From NCBI GenBank assembly GCA_964016885.1, contig OZ024740.1, positions 128,526,001-128,590,000 of the forward strand: DNA of 64,000 bases. Reading direction: 5' to 3'. Source of the stretch: Eledone cirrhosa. Taxonomy: Eukaryota. Under the pieces are notes generated by a model. The model was not told the DNA's origin. It made no database searches and was given only the letters and a program-made list of their open reading frames with translations. This document shows, in pieces, positions 1 through 14,192 of the stretch (positions are counted from its first letter, which is position 1; every line of letters begins with the position of its first letter). Both the position numbers and the translations under genes were made by a program.

Positions 1-38
<38 letters not shown>

Positions 39-178
39 GCTGCTGCTGCTGTTGCTGTTGCTGCTGCTACTGGTGATGATGTTGATGTTACTTCTACTAC
101 TGTTACTACTAGTAGCAGCAGAAGCAGAATAACTATGACTACTTCTAATGCTACTACTGCTGCTGCTGCTGCTGCTGC

Positions 179-263
<85 letters not shown>

Positions 264-270
264 GCTGCTG
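1..270. repeat. Compound trinucleotide microsatellite (CTA/CTG/CAA)n
   Basis: Direct reading of tandem CTA, CTG and CAA runs. Confidence 0.95.
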
Positions 271-367
271 TAGTTGTATTCACACCAGCAGCAGTGACAG
301 AATAATCAGTGATACATAGATTGAGAGAAAGATATAGTAAGAATAACAGCAAGTAACTAAGAGAGTG

Positions 368-416
<49 letters not shown>

Positions 417-1552
417 GAGAGAGAGAGAAAGAGAGATAGAGAGAAAGACAGTTGATTATAGATAAATAGGTAGACAGAGAACGTGTATGTGAGTATGAGA
501 GAGAAAAACATGATGAAGTACTTTGATGTGAAAAGAAACTGGTGACCCAATGACAGAGCCTATATGTTGTCGCTCACTATGCTAGAAGCAGCAACCGTAT
601 TTTATTCAACTGCAAACTTACCATCTTAGATAGGAAAGCGGCACATTGTATGGCGAAGTGCATGATAGTCCCAAAATGATAGCTTATTTATGACTATCAT
701 GACTAGATTATTTATAGCAATATATCTGCTCTGTTATGAGATTCCTTTTGGGCTAAATACCGACAGCTGGTATCTGTTGTCTAGTTAATTCTAGTCGTAA
801 TATTTCTATTTATTTATCTTTGTTTTGCTAAAAAAAACCTGTAAATGCATGAAATTGCATGCCAGCAAAGTGGCTGATACAGTAGAGTTGCAGGAGATTG
901 TTTGCTTTACGTGACTGTTTTAATGCTTATATTTATATATATTTACAATGTGACACTTTAGTTCTCGATAACTAAAACTGATTTTATCAAAGTGATTCTC
1001 GTTTCTTCCTAGTTTTCTTCTCTCCCTCTCTAGCACTCTCCACATGTTTCCCACATTATCTTACAATCGTGTTCTTCCTTCCCCTCCTCTCTAGCTCATC
1101 AAACTGCCTGTAATCCCTTCAATTCAGTAGGTACAAGGACCTCTTCTTTTAAATTCAGCAACCCAACTACGAAAGTAAGATATAATTTATTTCTTTGTTC
1201 CAGTGTTGGTATGTGGCAAACTTCACATGTTAAGTCTGTTCACTATTTATTTCTAGTCGTAATAGTTTTATGTATTTCTCTGTTTTGGTTGAGAGTCATA
1301 CGTGATTTCTGTTTATTCTTGGTATATTTATCGGCCCACATGTATCTTACGATCAGAGTGGTTCTCCAATATGCTACACGAACTATCATTATAAATGCAA
1401 TACCACCTTAATGCGTGAAATAGCACGCCAGCAAGTTCGTTGAAGAGGTACTAATGCAGTTGTCTCTTTGTCTTATGTAACTGTTTATCTCAGCATTTTC
1501 TGCTTATATATGTACATGTATGTATGCAAGTATGTATGTATATATACACATG

Positions 1553-1598
<46 letters not shown>

Positions 1599-1600
<2 letters not shown>

Positions 1601-1780
1601 AACGAGTAGGACCCCGACGGCTGAGCTCAAGCCGTTTCGACGGCTAATTCTGGACTCAGAATTAGCCGTCGAAACGGCTTGAGCTCAGCCGTTGGGATCC
1701 TACTCGTTCCTATTACCCACTCTACTACCCTAAGTATTGAGTACTTTGGTGCGTTATGGTCCACCTGGTTCCTTACCACC
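1599..1780 (+). mobile_element. Family A fold-back element (PLE-type 3' end with partial hammerhead) inserted in (TA)n
   Basis: Near-perfect palindrome 1599-1710 plus unique 70-bp tail (..ACCCACTCTACTACCCTAAGTATTGAGTAC..); stem II-GAAAC-stem III-GTY of an HHR; flanked by TA tracts; 5 further copies in the window. Confidence 0.8.
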
Positions 1781-1936
1781 ATATATATATATATATATAT
1801 ATATGTAAAAGTTCTATTTAAATTGTTGGGATACAACAAGCAAATATTTTTATAACTGATATAAAGCACCCAACACATATTTGGAGTAAAAATACGATAT
1901 TAACAAATGGAAACTATATTTATAAAACCATATTTA

Positions 1937-1997
1937 TTTCATTATACATATTTCAAGGACACCAAGTTAAATTATGGTGTGCTTTCATCAGATAAAA
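1937..1997 (-). ncRNA. Type I hammerhead ribozyme motif
   Basis: Minus strand: TTTTAT-CTGATGA-AAGCACACCA..TGGTGTCCTT-GAAA-TATGTA-TA-ATGAAA; stems I, II and III pair. Confidence 0.7.
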
Positions 1998-2256
1998 TAT
2001 AATATAGATCAGTTTTATAAATAAATATTGACATACCCTTAAAAAATGCAACCATTACTGTTGGAAGCGCCCAGATAGTGGAGTTGTTTAATTATATTAT
2101 TATTAGTATTGGATATTTTTATTTTTAAAATAACCCGTTGGGTTACAGAGAAAGAAAAATATAAAGAAGGAGAGAGAGAAAAAAAGAGAGAGAGAGAAAA
2201 GAGAGAGAGAGAGAGACCAAAACAACAGAGAGAGAAAGATATATATAGAGAGAGGA

Positions 2257-2298
<42 letters not shown>

Positions 2299-2335
2299 CA
2301 TACATGTGTATGTGTGTGATTGTGTATACATACAT

Positions 2336-2386
<51 letters not shown>

Positions 2387-2795
2387 GTTATAGTCTGACG
2401 ACGCAAATGAAAATGCCTCTTAATATAGATATCAATTCATGTAATAGAGAGGTTACAAAATATTGAAACTGGTGTTTATTATGAATGTATTAAGCTACAA
2501 AACTACACAGAAACCATTGAGTTTCTGGAACATGAATTAAATTGTGTATAACCGTCTGACACAGAAAATATATCGTTATGTCCGTTCATCTAAAAGAGAA
2601 AGACAAAGACAATTTTACCCTCGTAATAAATAGATCATCAGAGAGAGAAACAAAGATAGAAATCGAGAAAGAGAGACAAGGAGTAATATCGAACCAATCT
2701 AATTTATTGGAGGCCCATAGTCATCAATATACACACAAACGGCTTTTAATATCTAGAGGTTTAGTTGAGACTCATCTCCGTCACACACACACTAA

Positions 2796-2845
<50 letters not shown>

Positions 2846-2853
2846 CTTGTTTC

Positions 2854-2890
<37 letters not shown>

Positions 2891-2896
2891 ATATCT

Positions 2897-3332
2897 AGGG
2901 CGGGTAACATTCCCGAGTCCATGGACGAGTTCTCTCCAGCGGTCTCTGTCCCTCATTATCGCTGCCATGTCCTGCGTCTCCAACAGACCAGTTTCTATCC
3001 TTAGGGCATCAACATGCGTTAACCTTGGTCTTCCTCTTCCAGTGTGTCCATGTAGGGGCTCCTACAGGAGCACTGAGTGCAATGTCAACGCTGGATGTCG
3101 GTGAGAATGTCCAGCTAACCTCAGTCTCCTCTGTGTCACTTTTGAGCTGACTTTTGGGAGGCTCCAATACAGCTCTGAGTTTTTCATCCTCAGTGTATAC
3201 TGATTAATGTTCAGAGCCATCCTCAGCCTTCTTGTGTAGCACCCATCCACTATCTGAGTGAGTTTCTTGGTCAGTGTCTAAGTCTCAGACCCGTACAGCA
3301 GCACAGGCTCCACTACAGCAATGAAGAGGCGG

Positions 3333-3335
<3 letters not shown>
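2897..3335 (-). mobile_element. RTE-clade LINE 3' fragment (pseudogenised)
   Basis: Minus-strand translation ..VEPVLLYGSET*TLTKK..DGCYTRRLRMALNI..RRLRLAGHSHRH..GRGRPRLT..DRDRWRELV, typical of the RTE C-terminus; in-frame stops. Confidence 0.85.
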
Positions 3336-3380
<45 letters not shown>

Positions 3381-3410
3381 GTGGTTACACAACAGTTAGT
3401 TCACCATACC

Positions 3411-3446
3411 GAGAACAATTGTTTCACCTTAGCGGATCCTCAGCTC
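3411..3446 (-). ncRNA. Minimal type I hammerhead motif in a fold-back insertion (partial inverted copy 3463-3487)
   Basis: GAG-CTGAGGA-TCC gctaa GGT-GAAA-CAATTG-TT-CTC; palindromic stem III ACAATTGT. Confidence 0.7.
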
Positions 3447-3845
3447 GCAATGGACCCATTATGAGCTGAGGATCCGCTAAGGTGAAAACAACCCAGCAAG
3501 CAAAATGATGCAGTATGATAAATATATATATATATATATATATGTATGTATATATACATATATATATACATATATATTGTCTCTTGGATTATTAATGTTA
3601 TTTATAACATACCAAATTCGTTTCGAGTGGAACGCGACCTCGGAAACCTAACTATATAACTTGATTTTACTATTTCTGGAACCAAACCATTATTCCGGTT
3701 ATAAATGCTAACTCATTCAACTTGACGCAATCTATCCGACTGGGGAACAGGTTATCAGCTCTCATTCATCATTACCTGACATTTTAGAGAGCAGCTGCAC
3801 CAGGAAAATAGAAATTTACTGACAATGCAAATTCGGAACAGTAAA

Positions 3846-3896
<51 letters not shown>

Positions 3897-6667
3897 AGTA
3901 TATATATATATCCGTTTTCACATATACGAGCTCACACCCACGCACGCATTATAACTATATTTATGTTTATATGAGAGATTCAACTGACCAATCATTTAGA
4001 ATGATGGTCTATGAATAGATAAATTGTTCGTATCGTGTCTGTAAAACGCCAGGTTTAGTGTTAGGAGATTTAACTTATCATCTACTTGAAGACAATATGG
4101 TGGTAAAATTCTCTTTTGTATTTGTGATACAGTTTATGCTTATTTAACTAGCAGTGCTGAACTCATATTCCTCCATGCATTCCATTATAGGATCTTCCAT
4201 TTCAACTTGCCTTACACCCTGCACTGCATGATTCCTTTTGTAGGATCTTTATGACGACCAATGAGACAGTACCAAATGAGTCATATGATGGTTTGGTATT
4301 GGTAATTACGTACAATCACTCCTCCATCCATTTTGCTTATCCCTCAAACTAAAGTTATCCGTCAACCTTCTCCCAGGTTATTCCTGCATATGACTCAATC
4401 ATGTCATTCGTGTTCTTCCTAGTCTACTTTTACAGGAAGTTGGATGTGCACGTGTAACATTATTCGCTAAAGGCAAGCTATTCCTTTTGTGCTACATAAC
4501 CAAATTAATTTATATTCAGTATTTTGCAATTGTCAGAGGAGTTTTGTGTTTCGCTGTCTAGTGAAAAATGTATTTTCTTATGCGTTCGTTAGTTTAATCC
4601 TCTGTGCATAGAATTCAAAACAGCCTTCTTCTACAGCATTCCTAACAGTTATTGACGTAGCAGTAGTGGTTTCGCACAAGTGTTTCAAGGGGAGAACCCG
4701 GGAGAATGACGCATACAATAAAATTGTATAAATCATTCATTATCAAATCGTAAATAAAAACCAGAGTACTGGGAATCTAGATTCTCAAATTTCTGCAATT
4801 TGTTTACCGTGGGGACACAAGAATAAAATATAGTGTTCAAAATATTCTGCCTAACAGATTAACCTCAGAAAGATATCTAAGGCTGGCTTACGAAGGCTCA
4901 AGTAGTTCACTAATAGAATAATTTGAAATAGATTTATAAAATTATTGAATACCATCAATAAAAATATTGTTACTGATTACCTTAAAAACTGAATATACAT
5001 AGAATAAAACGAATCAGATTAATCATTTTAAAACAATCTGAATGACAAACTAAGTAAAAGAAAGTATAGCAAAATATTCTAATAGACTTTGGAAATATTT
5101 GAGAGTTATTGTTGTTATTTTAGATTTCGGAAAGACCCGTTTGAACAAGTGCATGATAAAAATACGTGTTCCGTCGTTTTTGCATGTTTTGCAAGATTCT
5201 TAACGTGAGATCGGGTGGTGAAACAGATGCTAAATGCTGGAAGATTCATGCTCCCAATAAAAGCACAAGCACAAGCTTAATTTTGCTTCAGTTTATTATT
5301 AGATGAATAAGTAATCCACTCATTGGTTAGTAACTGGGGAGTTTGTTTTTATTGACAGCATGACTTTCGAATATATAACCATTATACTGTTACACTATCC
5401 AATAGTACTTTTTTCATTTTTCAAGAAGAATTTGCAGTCCTCATGCATTGTTAGAGGTATAATAATTTAAATTAACTAAATAGCCACATAAGAGAGTAAT
5501 TCTCCAACTCTATAATTTGTACATTTAATTAATTACGCACGTATAACCAATCTCTTTCCGAACAAAGAAAAAATCAGTCTGTCTCTTCCCCATGTTTCTT
5601 CCCCTGTTTTTATGTCTGTATATTTCTCTTTCTTTCTCCTCTCCAATCTAGTCTAATGAGTAGATAACAGCATTTCTTCCCATACATAACTACAGATATA
5701 TATACTTTTATAAAGTAATGTACATATACATTTCCGAGTGATATATACGAGTTATGAGTCTGAACCATGCTCAAGTGAATCTTGCTCAGAACTTTCATAT
5801 GGCAAAGACATTGCATCTCTTTAGACCTGTACTTGTACTAAATTTCATTCGTTTAAACTGCTTATTTGTCTTCAAAACTCATTCATTTTCCGGCCTAAAA
5901 AATGTGTCTTCTCTTTATACTAAATATTATAAATGTTAACTGTGAGTGGTGTTCCACTATTTTCCTTGTATTTGTATGAATGTGTGCGCACGCACGTGGT
6001 GAGTGTGTGTGTGAAGGAATGGTTTTCTTAGTGTGGCAGACAATATTAATAACTTATATGTTCTTTTCAGAAATGCTTTCTAAAATTTAATCTTGTCTTC
6101 TGCAAGGTAATCAAAATCCGAGAATAAGTAATTCACTTATTTCAACAGTTGTTGCAACCGCCATTCAATTTGGCATTATTAACGTTATTAGTGCCCGTGG
6201 CTTGTAGAAGCAATAAGGGATTGGACTAAATGCCGTTTTTCTGAGCTTAAATGAAATTCGATTTGGGTTTTCATCATTTCAAGGTCGGTGAAACAAATAG
6301 GAAAATATTAGCTTGGATTAAATAGTCTATATCCCTGTACTTATAGACATATGATCTTGTGAAAGATTCAGAAAATGTCGTCAACACCAGCACTAATATC
6401 ATCGTCATTATTGAGAAAAGTCACCAGCAGCACCCCACACATCTATCACAATCATCGCCCCCGTTATTATTACAAATGTTATTCTATTCAGTAGTTTGCA
6501 ATAGCATATATCATAAAAGCAATATTACCATTCAGATATTGCATTAGATACATATCCATTAGAATATCATTTTTACGCATACGCACGCGCACACACTCTC
6601 ACACGAACACACTCTCTCTCACACACAGACACACACACGAATGCACGCAGAGGAAACCCCACACATA

Positions 6668-6980
<313 letters not shown>

Positions 6981-7638
6981 ATGCATATGAAACGAGAGGG
7001 GGGAGGGAGAAAGCGAGTTTGTGAGAGAGATAATTTCTGAAATATATTTCAAGCAATATTATATATGACAAAACCAACCTCACTGCATTTTGTTAGTCAT
7101 TTCTGTTATTATTTATATGCGTCGTCTGAGTTGTGTGTGTTAAATGTGAGTGCACATTTCAAAAAGCAGCTTTATTATTATGCTTTTTACCTATGCTTGG
7201 TTTCATTTCGTTCATTGCAATGGAAGTAATATTTTTGTTTTCGTTGTTACTATTTATTATTTTTTTCCTCATTATTATGGCTATTATTATTGATATTATT
7301 ATCAATGTTGTTTTTATTCTTCTTGTTTTTGTTACTGTCGTTGTAGTTGAATGTAGTCTTTGGTATTTTCATAATTTCAATTTAACTTTAAAAGAATATC
7401 ATGAATGAAATTATACATAATAAAATAAAAATCATGGCGGGGAAAAAATCTTCCTTTCCGAGGTGGGTGAACATTTTTGCCAATATCACATAATTCTGTG
7501 TTTGGTTTGGGATCTTTATATTATATTAAATCTAACATATCAAACGCGTAAAAGAAAACAAAGAATGAAAATTGCGTATATTAAATGTATTAAATAATTT
7601 TATAACTCTTTTCTTTCTACATGTCGATTGCTTGCATG

Positions 7639-7710
<72 letters not shown>

Positions 7711-7753
7711 TTATGCACACACACACACATACATAAATACATACATACATAAT

Positions 7754-7784
<31 letters not shown>

Positions 7785-7792
7785 AAAATATA

Positions 7793-7873
<81 letters not shown>

Positions 7874-8237
7874 ATGTATGTATGTATGTATGTATGTATG
7901 TATGTATGTGTGTGTGTGTGTGCTTCTGAGCTACATATATGTTGTATATTACCCAAACGTATTTATGTTTAGTTAGTGTCTACATATACATACACGAATT
8001 TACACTTACATACAAATGTACTGATGTAAATTGATGCTAATGTGTAAACTTTCATAATTTATTGACTTTTTAAGCGTTATAAATAAACACATGACTTGTA
8101 CGTACTTGTCAATATTAGTTAACTGTAGATTTCTACCAAAATATATTAAGTGTATACGAAAACATATTGAAAACTATTGCAAATAGATTTGTTCGTGCCA
8201 TCCCTTATACAAAGACAATAATAATGAATTCTCATTC

Positions 8238-8375
8238 AAGCACAAGGCCAGCAATCTTTAGGAGAAGAGGAAGTTGATTATATAGAGCTCAGTTCTTGAC
8301 GAGTTCTTTATTTATCGATCCTGGAAGGTTGAAAGAGCAAAGTTTGCTGTAAAGAGGGCTGGGAACGATGGACGA
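8238..8375 (-). mobile_element. SINE family 1, degraded copy
   Basis: GCACAAGGCCAGCAA..TTTATCGATCC..GAAGG..AAAG matches the copies at 21651 and 23843. Confidence 0.55.
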
Positions 8376-9475
8376 TAGTACCATTGCAAATCCATATGAT
8401 CGTGTATGTCCATAATTCTCAGCGGTATACAGGTGACCTCTGTGGTTCCCGAATCCTCGCCCGAATATTACTTGGAAGCTGGCTACAGAGCCGCAGCTCA
8501 CCCTCCTTTATCTTAAGAATAAATCCATTGACCACTTGAAATATTACTACAAAGATGACTAAGGATCCCTATTCACCCTGATTTCGAAATAAAAGATATC
8601 TTTCTCCACGATAGACTCCCTACTAAGGTTGAAGAACTGATTGTCTTTTTTTGTACACACTATTTAATTGGTGTTAATTCTCCTGAATCACTCCGCACTT
8701 TGACGGGTTTTATTTTTCATCTTACCAGGCAGGGTGCCCAATATCACCCTTCATATATATATATATACACACACATATGTATATAGGGAAAGTAATGTTC
8801 AGTTACTGTAGCTTCACCAGAGTGAGCATTCGATGCGTAGTTTCCAGTAGATGCAATGAGAGTCGCCTTATAAACCACAGTCTCATCGTCAAATCCATGG
8901 CTACTAGCACAACATCCAATATACACTTATTCAAATCCTTAAACTAGTTAAAATTTCCTTTCACCATTTAACCATGTAGCCAAACTAGCCCTACTTCCAT
9001 CATCAAACTATAGTCTATTATTATCTCTGAGATCCATTATTATCTCTGAGATTTGAATCAAATTTTAAAATCCAGCAGCAAACTACAAAAAAACTGATAT
9101 CTCTTAAGACAATTGTATTCCAAATTTAGTTTAATATTTCCTCTAAAATATGCATACCAACGTATTCTGCAAATGCATCCACACGCACATCTACACACAT
9201 GCTTACAGCTTTCACCTACTGATCATCCCATATGAATAGGAAATACCAAGATATAATTATATAATATAAATCACGTTATCCTGCTCTTTACTGAATTTGT
9301 CATTCGCAGTTTGCTTTTGTTGTTTAGCTCCAGCTCAGATTTCATAGAGCAAACCTATAATGAAAGGTATTCAAGTTATAGTCACCTCGTCTTTCAAAGG
9401 GTGTCTTGAACAACCTTTTCCAATTGATTATTTATTTAAAACTCTAAATTGTTATATAAAGAATATGTTTGCTTG

Positions 9476-9592
9476 AAGGCGCGTGGCTGAGTGGTAAGAG
9501 AATTGGATTCTCAATCATGAGGTTGTGAGTTAGATTCCTTGACTGGGTGATGTGTTAAGTCCTTGAGCAAGTCACTTTATTTCGCGTTGTTC
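9476..9592 (+). mobile_element. tRNA-derived SINE family 2, 5' part
   Basis: A box TGGCTGAGTGG, B-box-like GTTAGATTCC, followed by TCCTTGAGCAAG..ACTTTAT; similar to 26229. Confidence 0.7.
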
Positions 9593-11514
9593 CTTCTACC
9601 TGGAGTTGTGACCGATAGATAGTATTAGCAATTGGAAGGACCAACGGAAACGGTGTTTCCTCGGTCCGATTTTATGAAAGTGGATCGATTGTCGATATGT
9701 TTACCATTCCTAGCCGACTGAGTGAAAAAGTAAAGGTTTTCTCGTTGGCTATTTACATATGTAGCTTTTAAATAGTATGAAATTTAAGCCAATTTGATAA
9801 ACTCTGCTTTTATTCTTTCGGGGTTATTAAAACAAATAACATGTTCATATTGATTGACCTGCTGAATTGATAGAGTATTTGATCAGGCTGCTACATTCTG
9901 AGTTCGTATGCGATAACAGCAGTGATGAGCTGTATCAGACAATGCCTAAATTTAGTAAAACATTGAATCCTTCGAGAAGGGGAATTTAGTGTATAATGAT
10001 CTACTTGTCTCACCCCACACAAATAAAGAAATCTTGTCCAGGCCTTCGCCTTGGGAAGAAAATATCCAGATGCAGGTACATAGACAACAGTAGTATATGT
10101 AGGTTTTAGAAATGCAGTTACTAAGAAATAACTGAATAAGAGTAGATAAATATCAAATAAATTTATAAGCTTTGAACAAGAAAATTTAGTACTTACATTG
10201 TACGGATACTTTAATTTGTCTGCTGATTGTTGGTGGTACACCGTTAAAAGCAACACATTCATATATATCATCACAATACCGAGATATATTGCGAATTTTT
10301 AACACTTCTCCACTCATACCGATTTCTGAAAAAAAACAAACCAAAAAAATAATATTATGTAAAATGACATTTATTATTATAAATTTCTAACAGAAATAAT
10401 AAATAAACTTAATATAATTTCAAAGATAAAAAATATACTGTTTTTTTATGTCCATTATATTTGCATTTGTAATATAATAGTGTACCATTACATATTCTTT
10501 ATGTTTAAAGTACATGTGAATATTTAAACATTTAGAAGAAACTACACATAACATAAACATCATTATTAGTATCATTATTAAAATTCCGTTTAAACTTGTG
10601 TTCCTTTTTAGGCTTTAAATATGCATTCATTTATTATTTAGTTTACTAGTTTATTTAACCCCTACAGTTTTATTTGCAATCATCAGTATTGTAGAAAATC
10701 CTATAAATGACCCTTAATCTTTGGCTTAAATCGTGTCGTTATTCTGTGTTCTTCCTTTGGCTGATAGAATTTTTATCTTGTCATGACATCTTAAAATAAT
10801 TCACTTTATCCTGAAGAGAAACAAATCCTTTTAATATGATCTCCAGAGTGTTGGTCATCTTTATACCATGTTATAAACATTAAAAACTCGGGAATCTGTG
10901 ATGACGAGCTGTATGCGTGTAATGCTGCACTTGTTTAGAAGGTGCAGGAATAAAAGCATAAGCAACACCAGAACACTCGTTTTAATGCCAAGTAGGTTTT
11001 ATCACGTACAGATTTTTCCATAGGTTGATTTCGACATTGGCAAGTAAGCAATATCATTTTTCATCTGAGTAACGGTGAAAACATGTACTAACACTGTCGA
11101 AGTCTTTCATCACAATAAAACAATATTACATTCTACGAATCTATTCTAAAGTTAGATGGCGAAGGGCTGGAGAAAATCTTTGACCTCTCATCACATTTGT
11201 GTAACGTTCTTGATTTCGAAATAAAACTGAATATCTACATCTATCTATCTACATATATATCGATATTACGCAAGTTTCTACATAACTTGGTATAATTTCA
11301 CCCACCGTGTAGAAATCTTACAATGAAACGATTCGTTTGGGAAATAAGATCTTTAATATATCTCATACAAAATAATACAGCCAATTATCCACACAATGCA
11401 ATATAGTTAGGACTCCAAACGTTTAATTGGGAATATACTCCGGTATTTCCTAATAATTGTTGAGTGAGTTGGAAATTGGTCGGAGTCTCGCTATTAGCTT
11501 TCTCCGTTTATGTT

Positions 11515-11570
<56 letters not shown>

Positions 11571-11576
<6 letters not shown>

Positions 11577-12188
11577 GCTCTACATGGCTGAATACAATAA
11601 ATGTAATCTGGGTTTTTCGAATATTAATAATAACATTCGATTCGTTTGCAACTTTGCAAAGAAGTCTCATATTTAAAGCCATGTCTTGGCATGCAAACAG
11701 TAGTATAGGCACTAATGTTTCTGGGTATTACCCTTCATCAGTACGGCTCATTGTTCACCTGCCAACTGTTTGAGCTAGTGAAAATATATGACATTTTCTA
11801 AAATATAGAGTGACTGATCGTCCTGATTTGCATATTAGCAGAGTGGCTGATCAGTCATATCTGCATTTTAGCAGATCCAGTGATTAGCCAGATTTGCATA
11901 TCAGCAGACTGACCAGTCAGTATCCTGTATACAATCGATCAATGGCCAGCTTTCCCATATTAAAAAAAAAAAGAATTCGCTCTACATGGCTGAATACAGT
12001 AAAGATAATCTGATTTTTTCGAATATTAATGATAATATACGATTCATTTGCAATTATGCAAACAAACCTCATATTTAAAGCCAACACAAGAGCAAGAATG
12101 AGGGGCTCATTCTACTGACATGCTTTAAATATGAGACTTGTTTGCATAATTGCAAACGAATCGAATAATATTACTAATATTTGAAAAA
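11571..12188. repeat. Direct (11571-11686, 11974-12083) and inverted (12117-12188) copies of a ~110-bp repeat
   Basis: TTCGCTCTACATGGCTGAATACA..TTTGCAA..CTCATATTTAAAGCC occurs twice, and its reverse complement once. Confidence 0.8.
11805..11920. repeat. Degenerate ~33-bp minisatellite
   Basis: (G)ATYTGCATWTYAGCAGA unit repeated three times. Confidence 0.6.
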
Positions 12189-12233
12189 GTTTGCAATTTT
12201 CAAATTGCAAATTTGACTGTCACCACTGAATAT

Positions 12234-12270
12234 GAACCTGAAGATTGCGAAAGCATGAAAGTACTTGTTT
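12234..12270 (+). ncRNA. Minimal type I hammerhead motif
   Basis: GAAC-CTGAAGA-TTGC gaaa GCAT-GAAA-GTAC-TT-GTTT; palindromic stem III AGTACT. Confidence 0.7.
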
Positions 12271-12485
12271 AATTAAAACTTAACATTTAATATTCTACCA
12301 TACTATTTCATTATAATATCATTATAATTTTAAAGGACTGTAAATAAAATGAGTAAATCAGACAAAGTCGGAATTCCTTTTATTAATATATATATATACA
12401 TATATATAGTAATAATAATAAATTTGAAGACTAAATCCCGTCGAGGGTGAAAGCAGCGATTCTTTGCTTAAACTTTAATCTGTTA

Positions 12486-12528
<43 letters not shown>

Positions 12529-12565
12529 CCGTGGTTGGCATTTTAGAACTCTCTCTCTCTCTGCT

Positions 12566-12630
<65 letters not shown>

Positions 12631-12667
12631 CCGTGGTTGGCATTTTAGAACTCTCTCTCCCCCCCCC

Positions 12668-12719
<52 letters not shown>

Positions 12720-12950
12720 ACAGGGAGAAAGAGACGATTATGAGGAAGAAACATTATTAATAATTAAATATATAAATAGATAAATAAATGCCATTGTTAA
12801 AAAATAAATAAATCAACAAATACCTTAACACTTCACACAAAGTAAAACATTTCGTTTTAATCATTTTCTAACCCAGAAAAAAAGAGAGAGAGGGACAAAA
12901 AAATGAAAAAAAAAATGTTTCCTTCCTCATAATCGTCTCTTTCTCCCTGT

Positions 12951-13028
<78 letters not shown>

Positions 13029-13077
13029 TAACTCGTGTGCCTCCTCTCCACATTTTATTATTATATATATATATATA

Positions 13078-13179
13078 GGAAAAAGTATCGGGTCATACTT
13101 TTTCCTATTTCCCACTCTACTACCCTAAGTATTGAGTACTCTGGTGCGTTATGGTCCATCTTACCACCATTCCTTTGTT
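13078..13179 (+). mobile_element. Family A short copy with mini fold-back
   Basis: GGAAAAAGTAT cgggtc ATACTTTTTCC hairpin followed by the family A tail. Confidence 0.75.
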
Positions 13180-13200
13180 ATACATATATATATATATATG

Positions 13201-13238
<38 letters not shown>

Positions 13239-13989
13239 CGTCGTATATTTTCAATATACGATATTTAATTTACAAGATATTGCCCATTACAAGTATATAG
13301 TAGAAGACGCTTGCTCAAGATGCCATTCAGTGGAAATGACACCAATACAACATGGTTGCAAATAGAACCTTTAACCACACAGATCACAGCTTTGTATTAA
13401 CTATGAAGAAACATTCTACGCATTCATCTTTTAAACCACTTATTGTTTTAGTATTCATGGCATCATTTATTGAACACCACAATTATTATGCAAAATTTAC
13501 TTTTGCATAAAATATTTCTTTGTGTGTCTATGATTGAATGTGCATGTTTCTATAAGATGATTTCAAACGAATGAAACAGTTCTAGTCTTGTAATTGCCAT
13601 TTCTCTTTCTATGTGAAATAAATACGTGTCTACTGTGAAATAAATACGTGTGCGATGATTAACTTTGTTTAACAGTTTGATTTCGTCCCGGTTCATTTCG
13701 GAAAATCATATATATATATATGATTTTAAGACTATATAGAGCATTTGTAGTTTTTCCAAATTGAAGGATGAGTATTTAAGCTTTATTTGATTCTGAGTTA
13801 AGACTCTATTGGTTTTTCCCTGGATTTCACAAAATATGTGGATAAAATCTCTGTCTTGATTTTTTTTTTTAATTGAGTTTGAATTATTTTCCCATATCTT
13901 ACGTTAATTATTTTCCATTTTGACGTTATAGTCACTTATATATTATGAAATACTGTTGGCTTCTTGCTCACAATAATTTCTATATTTTC

Positions 13990-14037
<48 letters not shown>

Positions 14038-14073
14038 GCACACTCACACACTCACGCACACATACACACACAC

Positions 14074-14192
<119 letters not shown>

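Noticed and set aside
1599-1710. Family A and B palindromes as classical MITEs or terminators
   Set aside because: Arms are asymmetric with a unique tail, family B and the 13078 copy have different axes, and arms contain HHR pieces; a retrotransposon fold-back origin fits better
7510-7560. CAAACGCGTAAAAG as an HHR 3' half (similar remnants at ~3620 and ~33300)
   Set aside because: Core too degenerate to call
8744-8926. ORF with YIGCC and VVYKATL resembling GIY-YIG motifs
   Set aside because: Motifs are in the wrong order and there is no further support
9476-9545. tRNA gene
   Set aside because: A and B boxes are present but no full cloverleaf, and the sequence continues into a SINE body
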